From Octopus vulgaris (Eukaryota): a stretch of DNA of 64,000 bases. Both the position numbers and the translations under genes were made by a program. The notes beneath the pieces are model-generated. The model was not told the origin of the DNA. It saw nothing but the letters and a program-made list of their open reading frames with translations, and made no database searches. Each line of letters begins with the position of its first letter. The stretch's first letter is position 1. Where the stretch lies: assembly GCA_951406725.2 (NCBI GenBank), contig OX597816.1:171306001-171370000 (forward strand), in the 5' to 3' direction. Of this stretch, positions 12,223 to 24,854 are shown one piece after another.

Positions 12223-13670
12223 ACGCATCCAAATGTAGCTAAATAATATATAACTGCCAACCTCCAGCCCGTTGTTAATTTGGAGCCCTAGTCTACCTAT
12301 GATGATAGCTTCCTTAATAATTAGATTACCCAAACTTCTCATTGGCCTAAATTGTGACTGTTATGCTTTTGTCAGTGTTCCAGCATCTGTCAAGATGTTT
12401 TCTGAAGGATGAGGCTCTCATGTTCAGATGTTCTTTGATGCGAATGTGTAACGGTCTTCTTGTGCTACCCATACAGAACTTGCTGCATTTGTTACATTGT
12501 ATTCTATACACAACATGTACCCTTTGACATACATCTGTGTCACGGATGGGACAGTTTGCTAGTATGCACTGATTGCTGTCCCTTGCTCGTTTCCTTGCGA
12601 GGTGTCTTCTTAGAGAGGGGCCGGAGTGCGCTAGTTGTATGTCTAGCCCATCTCTTCTTATGGCTCTTCGGATAACTGTAGTTACCCTCTCGCTAAAATG
12701 GGGTATTTTAAGAAAGCATGTGTTGCTGGGTTTTCTGTGTGTTCAGCGTGTTGATCATTATGGGTACTCAAGCCGATTTACAATGGATATAGGGTACCCA
12801 TTGGTTTTCAATATTTCTAGGAAGCGTGTAGTGTGGGTCACCTTGCCCTCTGCCCTGCTGCACTTGCTCTGGATGCATGCAAGTTCATTTCTGGCGTATC
12901 CTAATTTGGCACCGAGTGGAAGTGCTGAACTGTACTGGACAAACATGTCTCTACTGGCTGCTTTCCTGTAGAACTCGATGTGGATCTCTCCTTATTCCGT
13001 TATATTTAGTTGGAAGTCAAGTAGCGATAGTGATCCAATGTTGTTGGGATGCTCTATAGCGAACTTTATGTTCGTGTCCATGCTGTCAAACATCATGAAT
13101 ATTCTGTCAGCCTCTTCACAGGAGGATGTGAGTATGAGGATGTCATCTACGTACCTGGTGAAGAAGGCGCATAAGTGACAGATGTTGAGTGCTTGACGTT
13201 CCAGATGGTTCATACAGGTGATGGCTAGTAGGTCCGAGAGATTGGATCCCATGGGGAGACCTGTTGTCTGTAAGTAATATGTGGTCATGGAAAGAAAAGT
13301 AGATGTTGTCCACGATGACGGACAAAAGTCGATGTATATCAGCTGCGGTCAGTCCGAAGCAATGGATGTCGGACACTACTATGCAATCAGTCAATAGAAT
13401 GACCACCAAGTTTGCTGGCACCATTGTGTACATTGAGACAACATCAAGACTAAAGGCTCATCTGTTTTGCCTGAGTTGGTAATGATGTAAATGTAAACAT
13501 TTAGACAGATGCCGGAACACCGACAAAAGCATAAATCACAATTTAGGCTAACGAAAGAAGCTTGGGTAATCTAAGAATTAAGGAAGCTATCCTCATAGAG
13601 AGACTAGAGCCCCAAATTAACAACGGACTGGAGGTTGGCAATCAATATATTTAGCTACATTTGGATGCCT
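12223..13670 (-). mobile_element. Penelope-like element (RT + GIY-YIG), 5'-truncated and disrupted, with inverted copy of its 3' end
   Basis: RT motifs DVVSMYTMVP, YYLQTTGLPMGSNLS, FTRYVDDI, SLSLLD, FYRKA, NGYP. GIY-YIG-type segment KFCMGSTRRPLHIRIKEHL near 12425-12485. 12226-12358 is inverted at 13537-13668. Confidence 0.9.
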
Positions 13671-14998
13671 GTAGAAGGAGAAAAAAAAGGAAATTGCACT
13701 TAGTAGCAATGCATTTTCAAATTAGTCTTAAATTAGTCTTATTGCAGAACTACTCACTCAGGTCTGTAAATGACACCATTTATCCCCTTACGCTTCACAT
13801 CCTATTCCTACTACTCTCCCTGATTATGTCCTCCTCCTCCCTGTCCCATTCCAATTTTCTTAACTTTCCCCCCTCTCCACAAACTGCTATTCACTACATC
13901 CACTTCAATCCCAATGTCTAATCATTTGTAACACCCTTAATACTCTCAAAAAACTTACCTACCCACCCATCCTTTCTATTGTAGTATTTCATTTCTCTCA
14001 TATTCACCTTGTAATTTGAGGGTACAGCCTCACCATCTCTCTCTTTCTCCCCAGCTGGGAAAGCCATGTATTCTCCCCTTCAGCAAGATACTTGTTCTTC
14101 TCCCTCTATCCTATTTTCACCTCCTTGAATACTCAGCTGCAGGGGTCTGGTTTTGCAAGTACTTGGTGACCTCACTAGTGCTGGTGCCACCAAAAATGCA
14201 CCCAGCACACTTTGTAAGGTTGTTTGCATAAGAAATGGTATGTGCAGAAACCATGCCAAAGCAGACATTAGAGTTCAGTACAGTCTCCTCTGGCATGTCA
14301 GATCCTGTCAAATCAGCCAATCCATGTCCGCATGGAGAAGGGAATTTTAAATGAGGAAATGATTTTCAATTATAATGCAGCCTATTATACTTTTGCTTAA
14401 ATACAAAGTGGGTATGACAAGAAAATAATTTATCTGTAATACAAAACTCAAAATGATACTTAACCAGATCAACAGTCTTAAGTTCTAATGATAAAATTAT
14501 AAATTCTTAAGGGAAAAACAAGTTGACTACCTTGACAACTACAGGTAGACAATTTAATTTTAATTTTTGAAATAAATTGTTTAATGACATATTTTCTAAT
14601 AATCTCAAAAGATTGCACAAAAGACAGTAAATGACCAAAAGAGTAAATTTCTATTAGTAAATTAAACTCACTGTTGATTAATACCATAAATATCACTTAT
14701 GATTCTTCTAAATATAAAAATAAAACAATTCTATTTGACTAATAATAATAATAATAATAATAACCATAATTATTATGCTATAAGATTTTACTTAAATACT
14801 GAATACGCTATTTATAGAGTAATTAATAACAAAAGTAATCATAGGATCTCCTAATCTAAAACAGTAGATTAGGAGATCCTAATCTACAATACATAAAAGT
14901 ACTTTTGGTATTTCAACTTATAATAATCTGTCAATCCAAATGCTTTTTTTTTAAATTCATAAAGAAAATTTGCCATCTAAGCAAAAATTGTACCAAAT

Positions 14999-15126
14999 TT
15001 GTTGTTGTTGTAGTAGTAGTAGTAGTAGTAGTAGTAGTAATAGTAGTAATAGTAGTAATAGTAATCATAGTAGTAGTAGTAGTCATAGTTGTCATCGTAG
15101 TAGTAGTAGTAGTAGTAGTAGTAGTA
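14999..15126. repeat. (GTT)/(GTA)n trinucleotide microsatellite
   Basis: Direct inspection; source of the poly-V and poly-S ORFs. Confidence 0.9.
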
Positions 15127-15481
15127 AAAACAATAATATTACTAATAACAAAAATAATGACTTATAAAAATGGTAATAATATAGGGAAAAAAAAAGAAGA
15201 GGTTGAAAACTCAAACAAAAAAAAATCTTCCAGTGTTAATTCAAACAATTCAGATGACTCAAGACATAGAAACTTAAACAATCCAAACAAGCTTTTGTCG
15301 GTAATTCTAGAGTAATAAAAAAAAAATTACCTGTTAGAAGGATATTGTCGACAAATTTTTGAAAATATAATTGATACTGTCATTCATTTTCTCATGTAAA
15401 ACTTCGAAATTTAACTCTTATTTAATACAATTTTAATCTAAAATTGATAGCTTGGAATGGTTTATTTTAAGACATGCCTGA

Positions 15482-15534
15482 CTACATCAGAAAGACCAAA
15501 TGGGATTGTCCAGTATATGTACAATCGCAGTTCT
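15482..15534 (-). CDS. Candidate alternative last coding exon (E-NCDCTYTGQSHLVFLM*)
   Basis: Acceptor T9-ataataatcag on the minus strand; in frame with the phase-1 upstream exon; possible downstream donor CAG|gtaat at 15331/15330. Confidence 0.4.
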
Positions 15535-16016
15535 CTGATTATTATAAAAAAAATACGATATTGTTACAATATTAAAACAAAAATTAAATAGTCTTACTAT
15601 TCATGAAATCAAAGAAGATAAAATTAAGTAAAAATAATGTTAATAATTAGAAAATTTAAGAAATCTGATAGTTTAAGATATTTTGCTCACATGCTCTATG
15701 TTAGATTATCCCTAAATAAATTAATCTCAGTTTAATTTGTATTATCATATTTCATACTAATTTATTTCAATTATTTTAAATACTTAAATTCAATATCAGA
15801 GTAATCTACATTTATCTTTCTACTTATGAGAATATGTGAGTATGTGCATATACATTTTTCATGTGCATACATGCTTATATGTATACATGCTGATTTGTAC
15901 ACACATATGTATATGCTGAGTGTGTACATATATCTGTGTGTGTGAGTACATATATTTCATGTGTGTGTATGTTCATATATATATTTTACATGTTTGAATG
16001 TACACACATATTTTAC

Positions 16017-16067
<51 letters not shown>

Positions 16068-16145
16068 TTTTACGTGCTTGTACGTACACATATTTTAGAT
16101 GTTCATATGTAATATATATTTTATGTGTTTGTACGTACATATATA

Positions 16146-16738
16146 CAGGGTGCAATGGGTAAATTGTTGCCATTTTATATTTTTAATTTCGTGCATGCGC
16201 ATTGTTTGTTCTTTATTTTGTTGACTACATAGTATAGTAGGGTCAGTTGGGCACCGTCTGTGAGAAAAACAGCACCATGATGCAATTCACCCTGTCAGAA
16301 ATTTTGGAAACAGCATGCTGTACTGCTTGGCATTCATACTGGAAGCTCTAATATGAACATTTGAGAATGTTTGGGTGTCAATCTTAAGACATGTACCAAG
16401 AGTGATAAAAATCAAACATTCAGTCAACATCATGGTGTTTGGAGTGATCACTAGTGATGGTGACGTTATACCTCCATTCATCTTCCCACATGGTCTCAGA
16501 CTCAACACGGAGGCCTACATCATGTGCCTGGAGGAGGTTGTGCTGCCCTGGGTCAAGAGGGTGGCTGCTGGAAGACCCTATGCCTGGCAACAGGACTCGG
16601 TACCATGCCACACAAGCAGGGGGACCCAGTCATGGCTGTCAGGCAATTCTGCGACCACAGTACCCATAACATCTGGCCACTTAACTCTCCAGACTGCAAC
16701 CCACTACATTATTGTGCGTGGGGTGCAGTTGAGCGAAA
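16146..16738 (+). mobile_element. Tc1/mariner-superfamily (maT/DD37D-like) transposon remnant
   Basis: Begins TA|CAGGGTG. Transposase fragment IMVFGVITSDG...PPFIFPHGLRLN...WQQDSVPCHT, then a frameshift to WPLNSPDCNPLHY..WGAVE. Confidence 0.88.
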
Positions 16739-17028
16739 CAAATACAGACACAAAGATACATACAAATAAATATATACATACACAACAGGTTTCTTTAAGT
16801 TTCTGCCAACCATATCTATTCACAAGGATTTGGTTGGCACAAGGCTTTTGTAAAAAATACTTGCCTAAGGTGAAATGCAGAGGGACTGAACCTAGAACTA
16901 CATGGTTGGGAAGCAACCTTCTTACCACACAGCAACATGTACTTGTGCACTCATATATGCACATGTGTATGCAGATATATGTACATGATGTATCTAAGTG
17001 TGTGTGTCTACCACTTGTGTATCATACT

Positions 17029-17208
17029 TATTTCTTTATTACACACAAGGGGCTAAACACAGAGGGAACAAACAAGGACAGACATAGGTATTAAGTCGAT
17101 TACATCGACCCCAGTGCGTAACTGGTACTTAATTTATCGACCCCAAAAGGACGAAAGGCAAAGTCGACCTCAGCGGTATTTGAACTCACAACGTAACGGC
17201 AGACGAAA
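17029..17208 (-). mobile_element. 5'-truncated family A SINE with 13-bp TSD
   Basis: TSD tgtgtatcatact at 17016-17028 and 17209-17221. Confidence 0.88.
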
Positions 17209-17430
17209 TGTGTATCATACTAAATGCATATAAACCAAAGAAAAGTATGGCAATGTGGTTCTTGCCAAGAGAAAATTTGTTCGTAGACATGTGTTGAAGA
17301 ACACAATGTCTTTCAGAGAGGCAACCATCATTGCAGCAGTAACTCACAAGAGTGACAAACAAGTTTCACCCTACTGAGGCTTGTCAATGCTACATGCCAG
17401 TTTGTCACATGCTGAAATTAAATAAATGCT

Positions 17431-17800
17431 GAGTGGCTGTGTGGTAAGTAGCTTGCTAACCAACCACATGGTTCTGGGTTCAGTCCCACTAAGTGGCATC
17501 TTGGGCAAGTGTTTTCTACTATAGCCTCAGGCCGACCAAAGCCTTGTGAGTGGATTTGGTAGACGGAAACTGAAAGAAGCCTGTCGTATATATGTATATA
17601 TGTGTGTCTGTGTTTGTCCACCCAACATCGCTTGACAACCGATGCTGGTGTGTTTACGTCCCCGTAACTTAGCGGTTCGGCAAAAGAGACCGATAGAAAA
17701 AGTACTAGGCTTACAAAGAATAAGTGCTGGGTTCGATTTGCTCAACTAAAGGTGGTGCTCCAGCATGGCCACAGTCAAATGACTGAAACAAGTAAAAGAG
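17431..17800 (+). mobile_element. tRNA-derived SINE, family B (CORE-like segment, internal TA/TG microsatellite)
   Basis: Head GAGTGGCTGTGTGGTAAG...GGGTTCAGTCCC; CORE-like cttgggcaagtg; tail ccagcatggcc.cagtcaaatgactgaaacaagtaaaagag. Confidence 0.9.
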
Positions 17801-17806
17801 TATATA

Positions 17807-18561
17807 TCATCATCATCATCCTCATCGTTTAACGTCATCTTTCCATGCTAGCATGGGTTGAACGATTTGACTGAGGACTGGCGAACCAGATGGCTGCACC
17901 AGATTCCAATCTTGATCTGGCAAAGTTTCTACAGCTGGATGCCCTTCCTAACGCCAACCACTCCGAGAGTGTAGTGGGTGCTTTTACGTGCCACCTGCAC
18001 GATGGCCCGTCAGGCGGTACTGGCAATGGCCACACTCAAATGGTGTTTTTTATGTGACACCTGCATAGGAGCCAGTCCAGCGGCACTGGCGATGACCTCA
18101 CTCGAATGTTTTGTCATATGCCACCAGCACAAGTGCCAGTAAGATGATGCTGGTAACGATCACGCTCAAATGGTACTTTTTACGATCATGCTCGGATGGT
18201 GCTCTTAGCGCTCCACCAGCACGGATGCCAGTCATCGAATTTGATTTCAATTTCCATTTCACTTGCCTCAACAGGTCTTTGCAAGCAGAGTTTAGTGTCC
18301 AAAGAAGACCCCTGGCATAGGCCACGAGGTCATGGTCTCATTTGGCTTGCTGGGTCTTCAAAGATCATGCTTCACCACTTCAACCCAGGTCTTCCTGGGT
18401 CTACCTCTTCCACAGGTTCCCTCAAGCGCTATGGTGTGGCACTTTTTCACACAGCTATCCTCATCCATTTTCGCCACATGACCATACCAGTGCGAATGGA
18501 TGAGGATAGCTGTGTGAAGAAGTGCCACACCCTCGCGGTTGAGGGAACCAGTGGAAGAGGT
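17807..18561 (-). mobile_element. RTE LINE 3' end (3' UTR + ORF C-terminus) with inverted duplication at the truncation point
   Basis: Encodes WYGHVAKMDEDSCVKKCHTIALEGTCGRGRPRKTW, as at 37911-38285. 18403-18469 is inverted at 18495-18561. Confidence 0.88.
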
Positions 18562-18563
18562 GA

Positions 18564-18602
<39 letters not shown>

Positions 18603-18952
18603 TAACAAAGTATACATTCCCTGATATTGCAGAAAGCTTGTTGGGATGTACAAAACAAAATAAAATTGCGGCCAAAGATATAATGCAGTGGTTTTTGCCT
18701 GGGAGAAAATCTCTTTACATACATGTCATGTTAAAAACACAATGTATATTCATCACTGCTTCCAATATATTGAAACACAGACTTTATCTGAGCAAGTGCA
18801 CAAACAGGTTACGGCACTGACAAACTTCAAAAAGGATAAATGAGTGAGTGTGACAATGCTTGTCTCACTCCATCTATACATATATCTTGTAAATGTGTGC
18901 ACACACATACACACACACACACATGCATGTGTGTGTGCATATGTATGCATAT

Positions 18953-19328
18953 ACTCTTACTTGTTTCAGTCATTTGACTGCGGCCATGCTGGAGTACCGC
19001 CTTTAATCGAGCATCTCGACCCCGGGACTTATTCTTTCGTAAGCCCAGTACTTATTCTATCGGTCTCTTTTGCCAAACCGCTAAGTAACGGGGACATAAA
19101 CACACCAGCATCGGTTGTCAAGCAATGCTAGGAGACAAGCACAGACACACAAACGCATATATATATATACATATATACGACGGGCTTCTTTCAGTTTCCG
19201 TCTACCAAATCCACTCACAAGGCTTTGGTCAGCCCAAGGCTATAGTAGAAGGTGCCACGCAGTGGGACTGAACCCAGAACCATGTGGTTGGTAGACAAGC
19301 TACTTACCACACAGCCACTCCTACGCCT
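18953..19328 (-). mobile_element. Family B SINE
   Basis: Reverse complement of 17431-17800. Confidence 0.9.
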
Positions 19329-19969
19329 ATATGTATAATATACTTAATATGTATGCAGATGTTTACATATTTGTGTGTGTATTTTTCTATGTTAATTATA
19401 TAATGATTATACAGATGATGACGCTTGTATTCTAATTGGTGAAACTATGTGAAATATTGAAATCTTATAAAAATATACATCATCATTTAGCATCCATATT
19501 TCATGCTGGCATACCATGCCATGGGTCCTTTACTTCTTGACAGAGTTTTAAGAGTGCTATTGTGACATGCGACATGCTTCTAGCATTAATTAGATCAACC
19601 AGAGCCCATGCCTCTCTGAGCCTGACCAGAACGACAGCAAGCCAGAGAGAAAGAAGGAATTAGAAGAAGAGATGAATAAACTCAAATGTCCTGATATGAT
19701 GAAAAGTAAAGTTGACCTAGGGGAGAATTCAGAGCACAGAGGGGCCAGAATGATTACCGCAAAACAATCTATCCAGTGTTCTTATGACTCTGCAAATATA
19801 CATACATTCACTCACACACAGATTAAGAGAGAGAAAATATGAATGAAATCCTTTTAAATCTGGTTGTTTGCTTTATAATGTTCCATTTGAATTTGTTTTT
19901 GAAAATCTTTACAATAAAATATGTTTGAAACATCAGTGATTATTTTATTTATATATATATATATATATA

Positions 19970-20215
19970 CGTTATATAATTAGGGTTCAGCAAAAAAATT
20001 TACTTTACCATACACCAAACTTTTAGAAATAGCAGCCAAAGAATTTAGCTATTTCCTCTACTATAAGAAGAGTCTCCCAGACAATGTATACTCAAAAACA
20101 ATACACGTAGGTATAGAGGGCAAAATAACGAAATAGCTAAATTCTTTGGCTGCTATTTCTAAAAGTTCGGTGTGTGGTAAAGTAAATTTTTTTGCTGAAC
20201 CCTAATTATATAACG
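19970..20215. repeat. ~86-bp inverted repeat with ~75-bp spacer (probable Penelope terminal remnant)
   Basis: cgttatataattagggttcagc...tagctatttc versus gaaatagcta...gctgaaccctaattatataacg. Confidence 0.85.
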
Positions 20216-20226
20216 TAATGTTTTAA

Positions 20227-20447
20227 CCCTTTCATTACCAACCCAGCCAACACCGACTCTGGCTCTATAGTATTAATGTCTTGTTTTCATAAGATTTTCA
20301 TTAAAATATACCACCAAACCTTAGTCGCAATTTATGTTCCCAACACTCGCTTAATGATAACTAAGTTATTTTACTAAATTCTTTGTTATATTTTAAATAA
20401 TTGAAAGAAACACAGAGTATCTCAAAATAAATACAGTAACGAAAGGG
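20227..20447 (+). mobile_element. piggyBac-type MITE, family 1
   Basis: TTAA|CCCTTTC...GAAAGGG|TTAA; second copy at 34079-34299. Confidence 0.9.
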
Positions 20448-21509
20448 TTAAATATACCGTAAATGGTCTTTTTACATACTGAACACTACTTGGTAAAATT
20501 ATTAATTAATAATTAATTAATTTTACCCCTATTATTATATATAATATATTGCTCAATCTCTTCTTTCTCCATGCCTCCTCCTACATTTTGCTTTAAAAAA
20601 ATTTTTATGATTAAACATTTTCTTTCACACTTATGTAATCTGCCACCTCACTTCATGGCCAAAATAATGGAAGATAAGTACTTTTTGTGTCTATAACCAA
20701 AGAGCAGGGCTCAGCTTTCCAGAAGTTTACAAGGAGAGGATTTGCTGGATTGTGACAGCATCATACAAAATGCCTTGTGGTATTTATTCTGGCTTTTTGT
20801 ATTTGAGTTCAGCTCCTACCAAGGTCAATATTGCCTTTCATCCTCACATGATCAACAAATAAAGGACCACTTTAGGATGATACTCCAGTGGTATTTATCT
20901 GCTCAGGTTCTTTACATTGCAAGTTCAAATTCTGCCACGTCCTTTCTGAGTGTTAGATTTAACCCCGAACCCAGTTTAAATACCACTAGCTTGTCTTTAG
21001 TTACCATTAGCAGAATTCCCTCTGAGCCATGTCTCCACTTTGGGCTCAATCCTTCTTCCCTCCTTTCTATCTGTCTCAGAAACCCCATTATCATTCTGAC
21101 TAAGCAATAAAAAAAACTGTTTCAGAGAATTTTCCAGAGCAAAATAAATCCCCCAAATAACAAATTTGAGTAAAGAAAATTTAAATATTGTATTCTTTCA
21201 TTTTCTTAGCTCCTGAGTGTATACTAGGCAGTAAAATTGTTTCTTTATTCTCTCTGAAAATCTGATAACACCTGGTCAGAGTTTATTATAAGACCTAATT
21301 CTGTTCTTGTTTGTTTTTATTTGTTTTATTATTTTTTGTTTTCTGACAACTGAAAATAGTGACGTAACACATGGGGGGATATCAAAAAACTTGGTATCTG
21401 AAACCCTTTTGAGGTTGTGGGAGAGGGCTCACAACATGTCATTACAAAAATCTCAGTGATACTTTGATGTCATAATTTTGAGAGGCTTGTTGGTCTGAAT
21501 GCTATTATA

Positions 21510-21850
21510 TCATCATCATTTAACGTCCGCTTTCCATGCTAGCATGGGTTGGACAGTTCAACAGGGGTCTTTGAAGCCAGAAGGCTGCATCGGCCCAGTC
21601 TGATCTGGCAGTGTTTCTACAGCTGGATGCCCTTCCTAACGCCAACCACTCCATGAGTGTAGTGGGTGCTTTTTACGTGCCACCCGCACAGGTGCCAGAC
21701 GGAGCTGGCAAACGGCCATGGATGGATGGTGCTTTTTACGTGTCACCGGCACAGGGGCCAGGCAAGGCTGGCAACGGCCACGATCGGATGGTGCTTTTTA
21801 CATGTCACCGGCACAGGGGCCAGGCGAGGCTGGCAACGGCCACGAACGGG
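21510..21850 (-). mobile_element. RTE 3'-UTR-only copy (family C)
   Basis: Matches the RTE 3' UTR; contains tandem ~60-bp units. Confidence 0.88.
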
Positions 21851-22081
21851 ATGAAAATTGAAACAGAAAAATCAAGTTGAATGATTGTAGCTGTTGGATT
21901 TTATAACAACAACACCAACAAAGCAGGATTTAATACATAACCAATTACACTGCAGTGACTTTAGGAACTGTGATAATTGATAACATTTCACCAAGATCAA
22001 TTATCTTTACCAAGTACAATAAGCTGGCCAATCTCAATTATATACACAGAACAGTGGACGCTGTCTTTGTGAATTCTACCA

Positions 22082-22236
22082 CGGAATGGTTGGGGTTAGG
22101 AAGGGCATCCAGCTGTAGAAACTTTGCCAGATCAAGTTGAGCCTGGTACAGCCTTCTAGCTCACCAGTCCTCAGTTAAACCGTCCAACCCATGCCAGCAT
22201 GGAAAGTGGATGTTAAACGACGAAGATAATGATGAT
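22082..22236 (+). mobile_element. Short RTE 3'-end copy (family C)
   Basis: ggttaggaagggcatccagctgtagaaa...ccatgccagcatggaaa...gatgatg. Confidence 0.85.
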
Positions 22237-22309
22237 GGTATATGTACCAATCATATTGAAGATTTTTGGTCATGAATAATGGCATTCTGTTCGCTACAAC
22301 AATGAGTGT

Positions 22310-22580
22310 TCCTATTGTTTTGATCAACTGAACAGCTTACTCATGGAATTAATAAGCAAGTGGCTGAGTGCTCCAGACACTTTCTGAAGAAGATTCAGCA
22401 TGATACAGAATGTGTCCAAGCTGGCCCCTTGAATTACAGGTACAACTCATTTTCACCAGTTCGATAAACTTAAGCTATGTGAAATAAAGTATCTTGCTTA
22501 AGAACACAATGCTCTGCCATAAATCAAACTCACAACCTGACAATTATGAGTCAAATACCCTTACCACTGAGCCACACACC
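22310..22580 (-). mobile_element. Old SINE sharing its 3' half with family E
   Basis: Degenerate match to 32400-32550, plus a decayed tRNA-like head at 22520-22580. Confidence 0.6.
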
Positions 22581-22630
22581 TTACGTCATAAATAAAGACA
22601 TGTATGAAATACAAATGGATATCAACCAGC

Positions 22631-23171
22631 CAGGAGTGGCTGTTTTGGTAAGTAGCTTGCTAACCAACCACATGGTTCCAGGTTCAGTCCCACTGCGTGG
22701 CATCTTCGGCAAGTGTATTCTGATATAGCCCCAGGCTGACCAATGCCTTGTGAGTGGATTTGGTAGACAGAAACTGAAAGAAGCCTGTCGTATATATGTA
22801 TATATACATATGTGTGTGTGTGTATGTGTTTGTGTGTCTGTCTTTGTCCCCCTAGCATTGCTTGACAACCGATGCTGGTGTGTATACGTCCCCGTCACTT
22901 AGCGGTTCGGCAAAAGAGACCGATAGAATAAGTACTGGGCTTACAAAGAATAAGTCCCGGGGTCGATTTGCTCGACTAAAGGCGGTGCTCCAGCATGGCC
23001 GCAGTCAAATGACTGAAACAAGTAAAAGAGTAAAAGAGTATATACACAGGCAAAAGATGAGATTTACAGACATGTTCCACCTTTTTCTACTACTATTGTT
23101 CAACGATTTGCTTGACTAAAGGCGGTGCTCCAGCATGGCCGCAGTCAAATGACTGAAACAAGTAAAAGAGA
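22631..23171 (+). mobile_element. Family B SINE + 67-bp copied flank + second SINE tail
   Basis: SINE 22631-23038; 23039-23105 is identical to 26964-27030; an extra tail follows at 23106-23171. Confidence 0.85.
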
Positions 23172-23385
23172 GCCAGATGGTCACAAGAAGGCAAAGCATT
23201 GTACAGAGAAGCACACATGAGGACACATAACAAACCTATGGATCTCTTTTGATATTATGTCTCTAGCAAAATTTACTCATCAAATAATCAAAATAGTATA
23301 TAAATAACCAATAAGATTACTTATATAATAGAAAAGTGAAAGAGTGCTTCAACAATGTTTTCAGTACTATAATACACATTACTAT

Positions 23386-23871
23386 GAAATCGATCAATGG
23401 AAATTGCAGATGTGTTACCAGTGCCGGTGGCATGTCAAAACTCTGCTTGTGAAGACCCGTTGAGGCAAGTGAGAATCAGAATGAAATCGATCAATGGAAA
23501 TCGATCAATGGAAATTGCAGATGTGTTACCAGTGCCGGTGGCATGTAAGAGAACTTTCCGTTTCGCGACCGTTGCCAGCACCGCCCCGTTTCGTGTCCGT
23601 TGCCAGCCTCGCCTGGCCCTCGTGCCGGTGGCACATAAAAAGCACCATCCGTTCGTGGCCGTTTGCCAGCTCTGTCTGGCACCAGTGCGGGTGGCACGTA
23701 AAAAGCACCCACTACACTCACGGAGTGGTTGGCGTTAGGAAGGGCATCCAGCCGTAGAAACACTGCCAGATTTGACTGGGCCTGATGAAGCCTTCTGGCT
23801 TCACAGACCCCAGTAGAACCGTCCAACCCATGCTAGCATGGAAAACGGACGCTAAACGATGATGATGATGA
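23386..23871 (+). mobile_element. RTE 3'-UTR-only copy (family C)
   Basis: Matches the RTE 3' UTR; (GAT)n tail. Confidence 0.88.
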
Positions 23872-24564
23872 TTTGACAAGTAAATTTTAATAACCAGATA
23901 GATTTCATCAAAGAAATTAAGAGTGCTATAGCAATGCTTCCACTTATAGTTCAATAACAAACTAAAGTTATCAATAAATTAACCACAAGATTTCTATAGT
24001 TGAACTTTCATAAATTATGTACACTATTTGGCAAATTTTTTTTTACCTCTAGAAAATTCTCTGAAAGAAATCTATCTCTATTAATAGTAATTTTTTCATT
24101 ATATAGCTTATGGTTGCAGGTGAATTTTAAAGGTTAATTTTTTTTTTTTAAATGCAATACCAAAGAGATTTCTTAAATAAAATGTAGGTAGTGAGGGTAG
24201 AAGAAATTGAAAAACGATTTTTATTGTTTTATTTTAGAATCTTAATACTCAATGCTTTAAGCTATTTGTGTAAAAAGTCAACAATGGAAAAGTTAAGAGC
24301 GGATATAGATAAAAATCTTTAAAGAGTATTTTTTTTAAAAAGTATGATAATCACAAAAGTTTAAAATATATCCAAAAAAAATTGGGAAGTATACAAGGTG
24401 GTGGTGGTGGTGGTGGTGGTGATCTGAAAATTTGCCTATTAAGTATGTAGGTGTGTGTGTGTGTGTGTGTGCATAAATGTTTGTTTTTTATGTTCAGTTA
24501 TAATAAAAACAATTTTACATTAATCTGATGGGTTACTCTATACTTTTGTAGAGTACAAATTAAT

Positions 24565-24678
24565 TACACAAGAATGTTGTTGACAGTAACTTTGCAGTTT
24601 CAGCCAGCTAAGCCATCATCAAACGATGGCTTATGTGGCAGAAACTTCAAAGTTATTGTCAATAACAGTCTTGTATAA
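24565..24678. repeat. Imperfect foldback (~55-bp arms) built from decayed hammerhead-like halves
   Basis: tacacaagaatgttgttgacagtaactttgcagtttcagcca versus tggcagaaacttcaaagttattgtcaataacagtcttgtata. Confidence 0.75.
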
Positions 24679-24854
24679 GAATGATACACACACACACATA
24701 TATATATATAAAATATATAGCAAACCTATGAAAAACCTTAACATTGTGTCCCTAGCAAAATTTACTCATCAAATAATCAAAATAGTGTATAAATAACCAA
24801 TACATACACACAAACATATATATACACAAACACATATATACATATGTATATATA

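Noticed and set aside
14905-15315. Poly-Val 'membrane protein' ORF
   Set aside because: Translation of a (GTA)n microsatellite.
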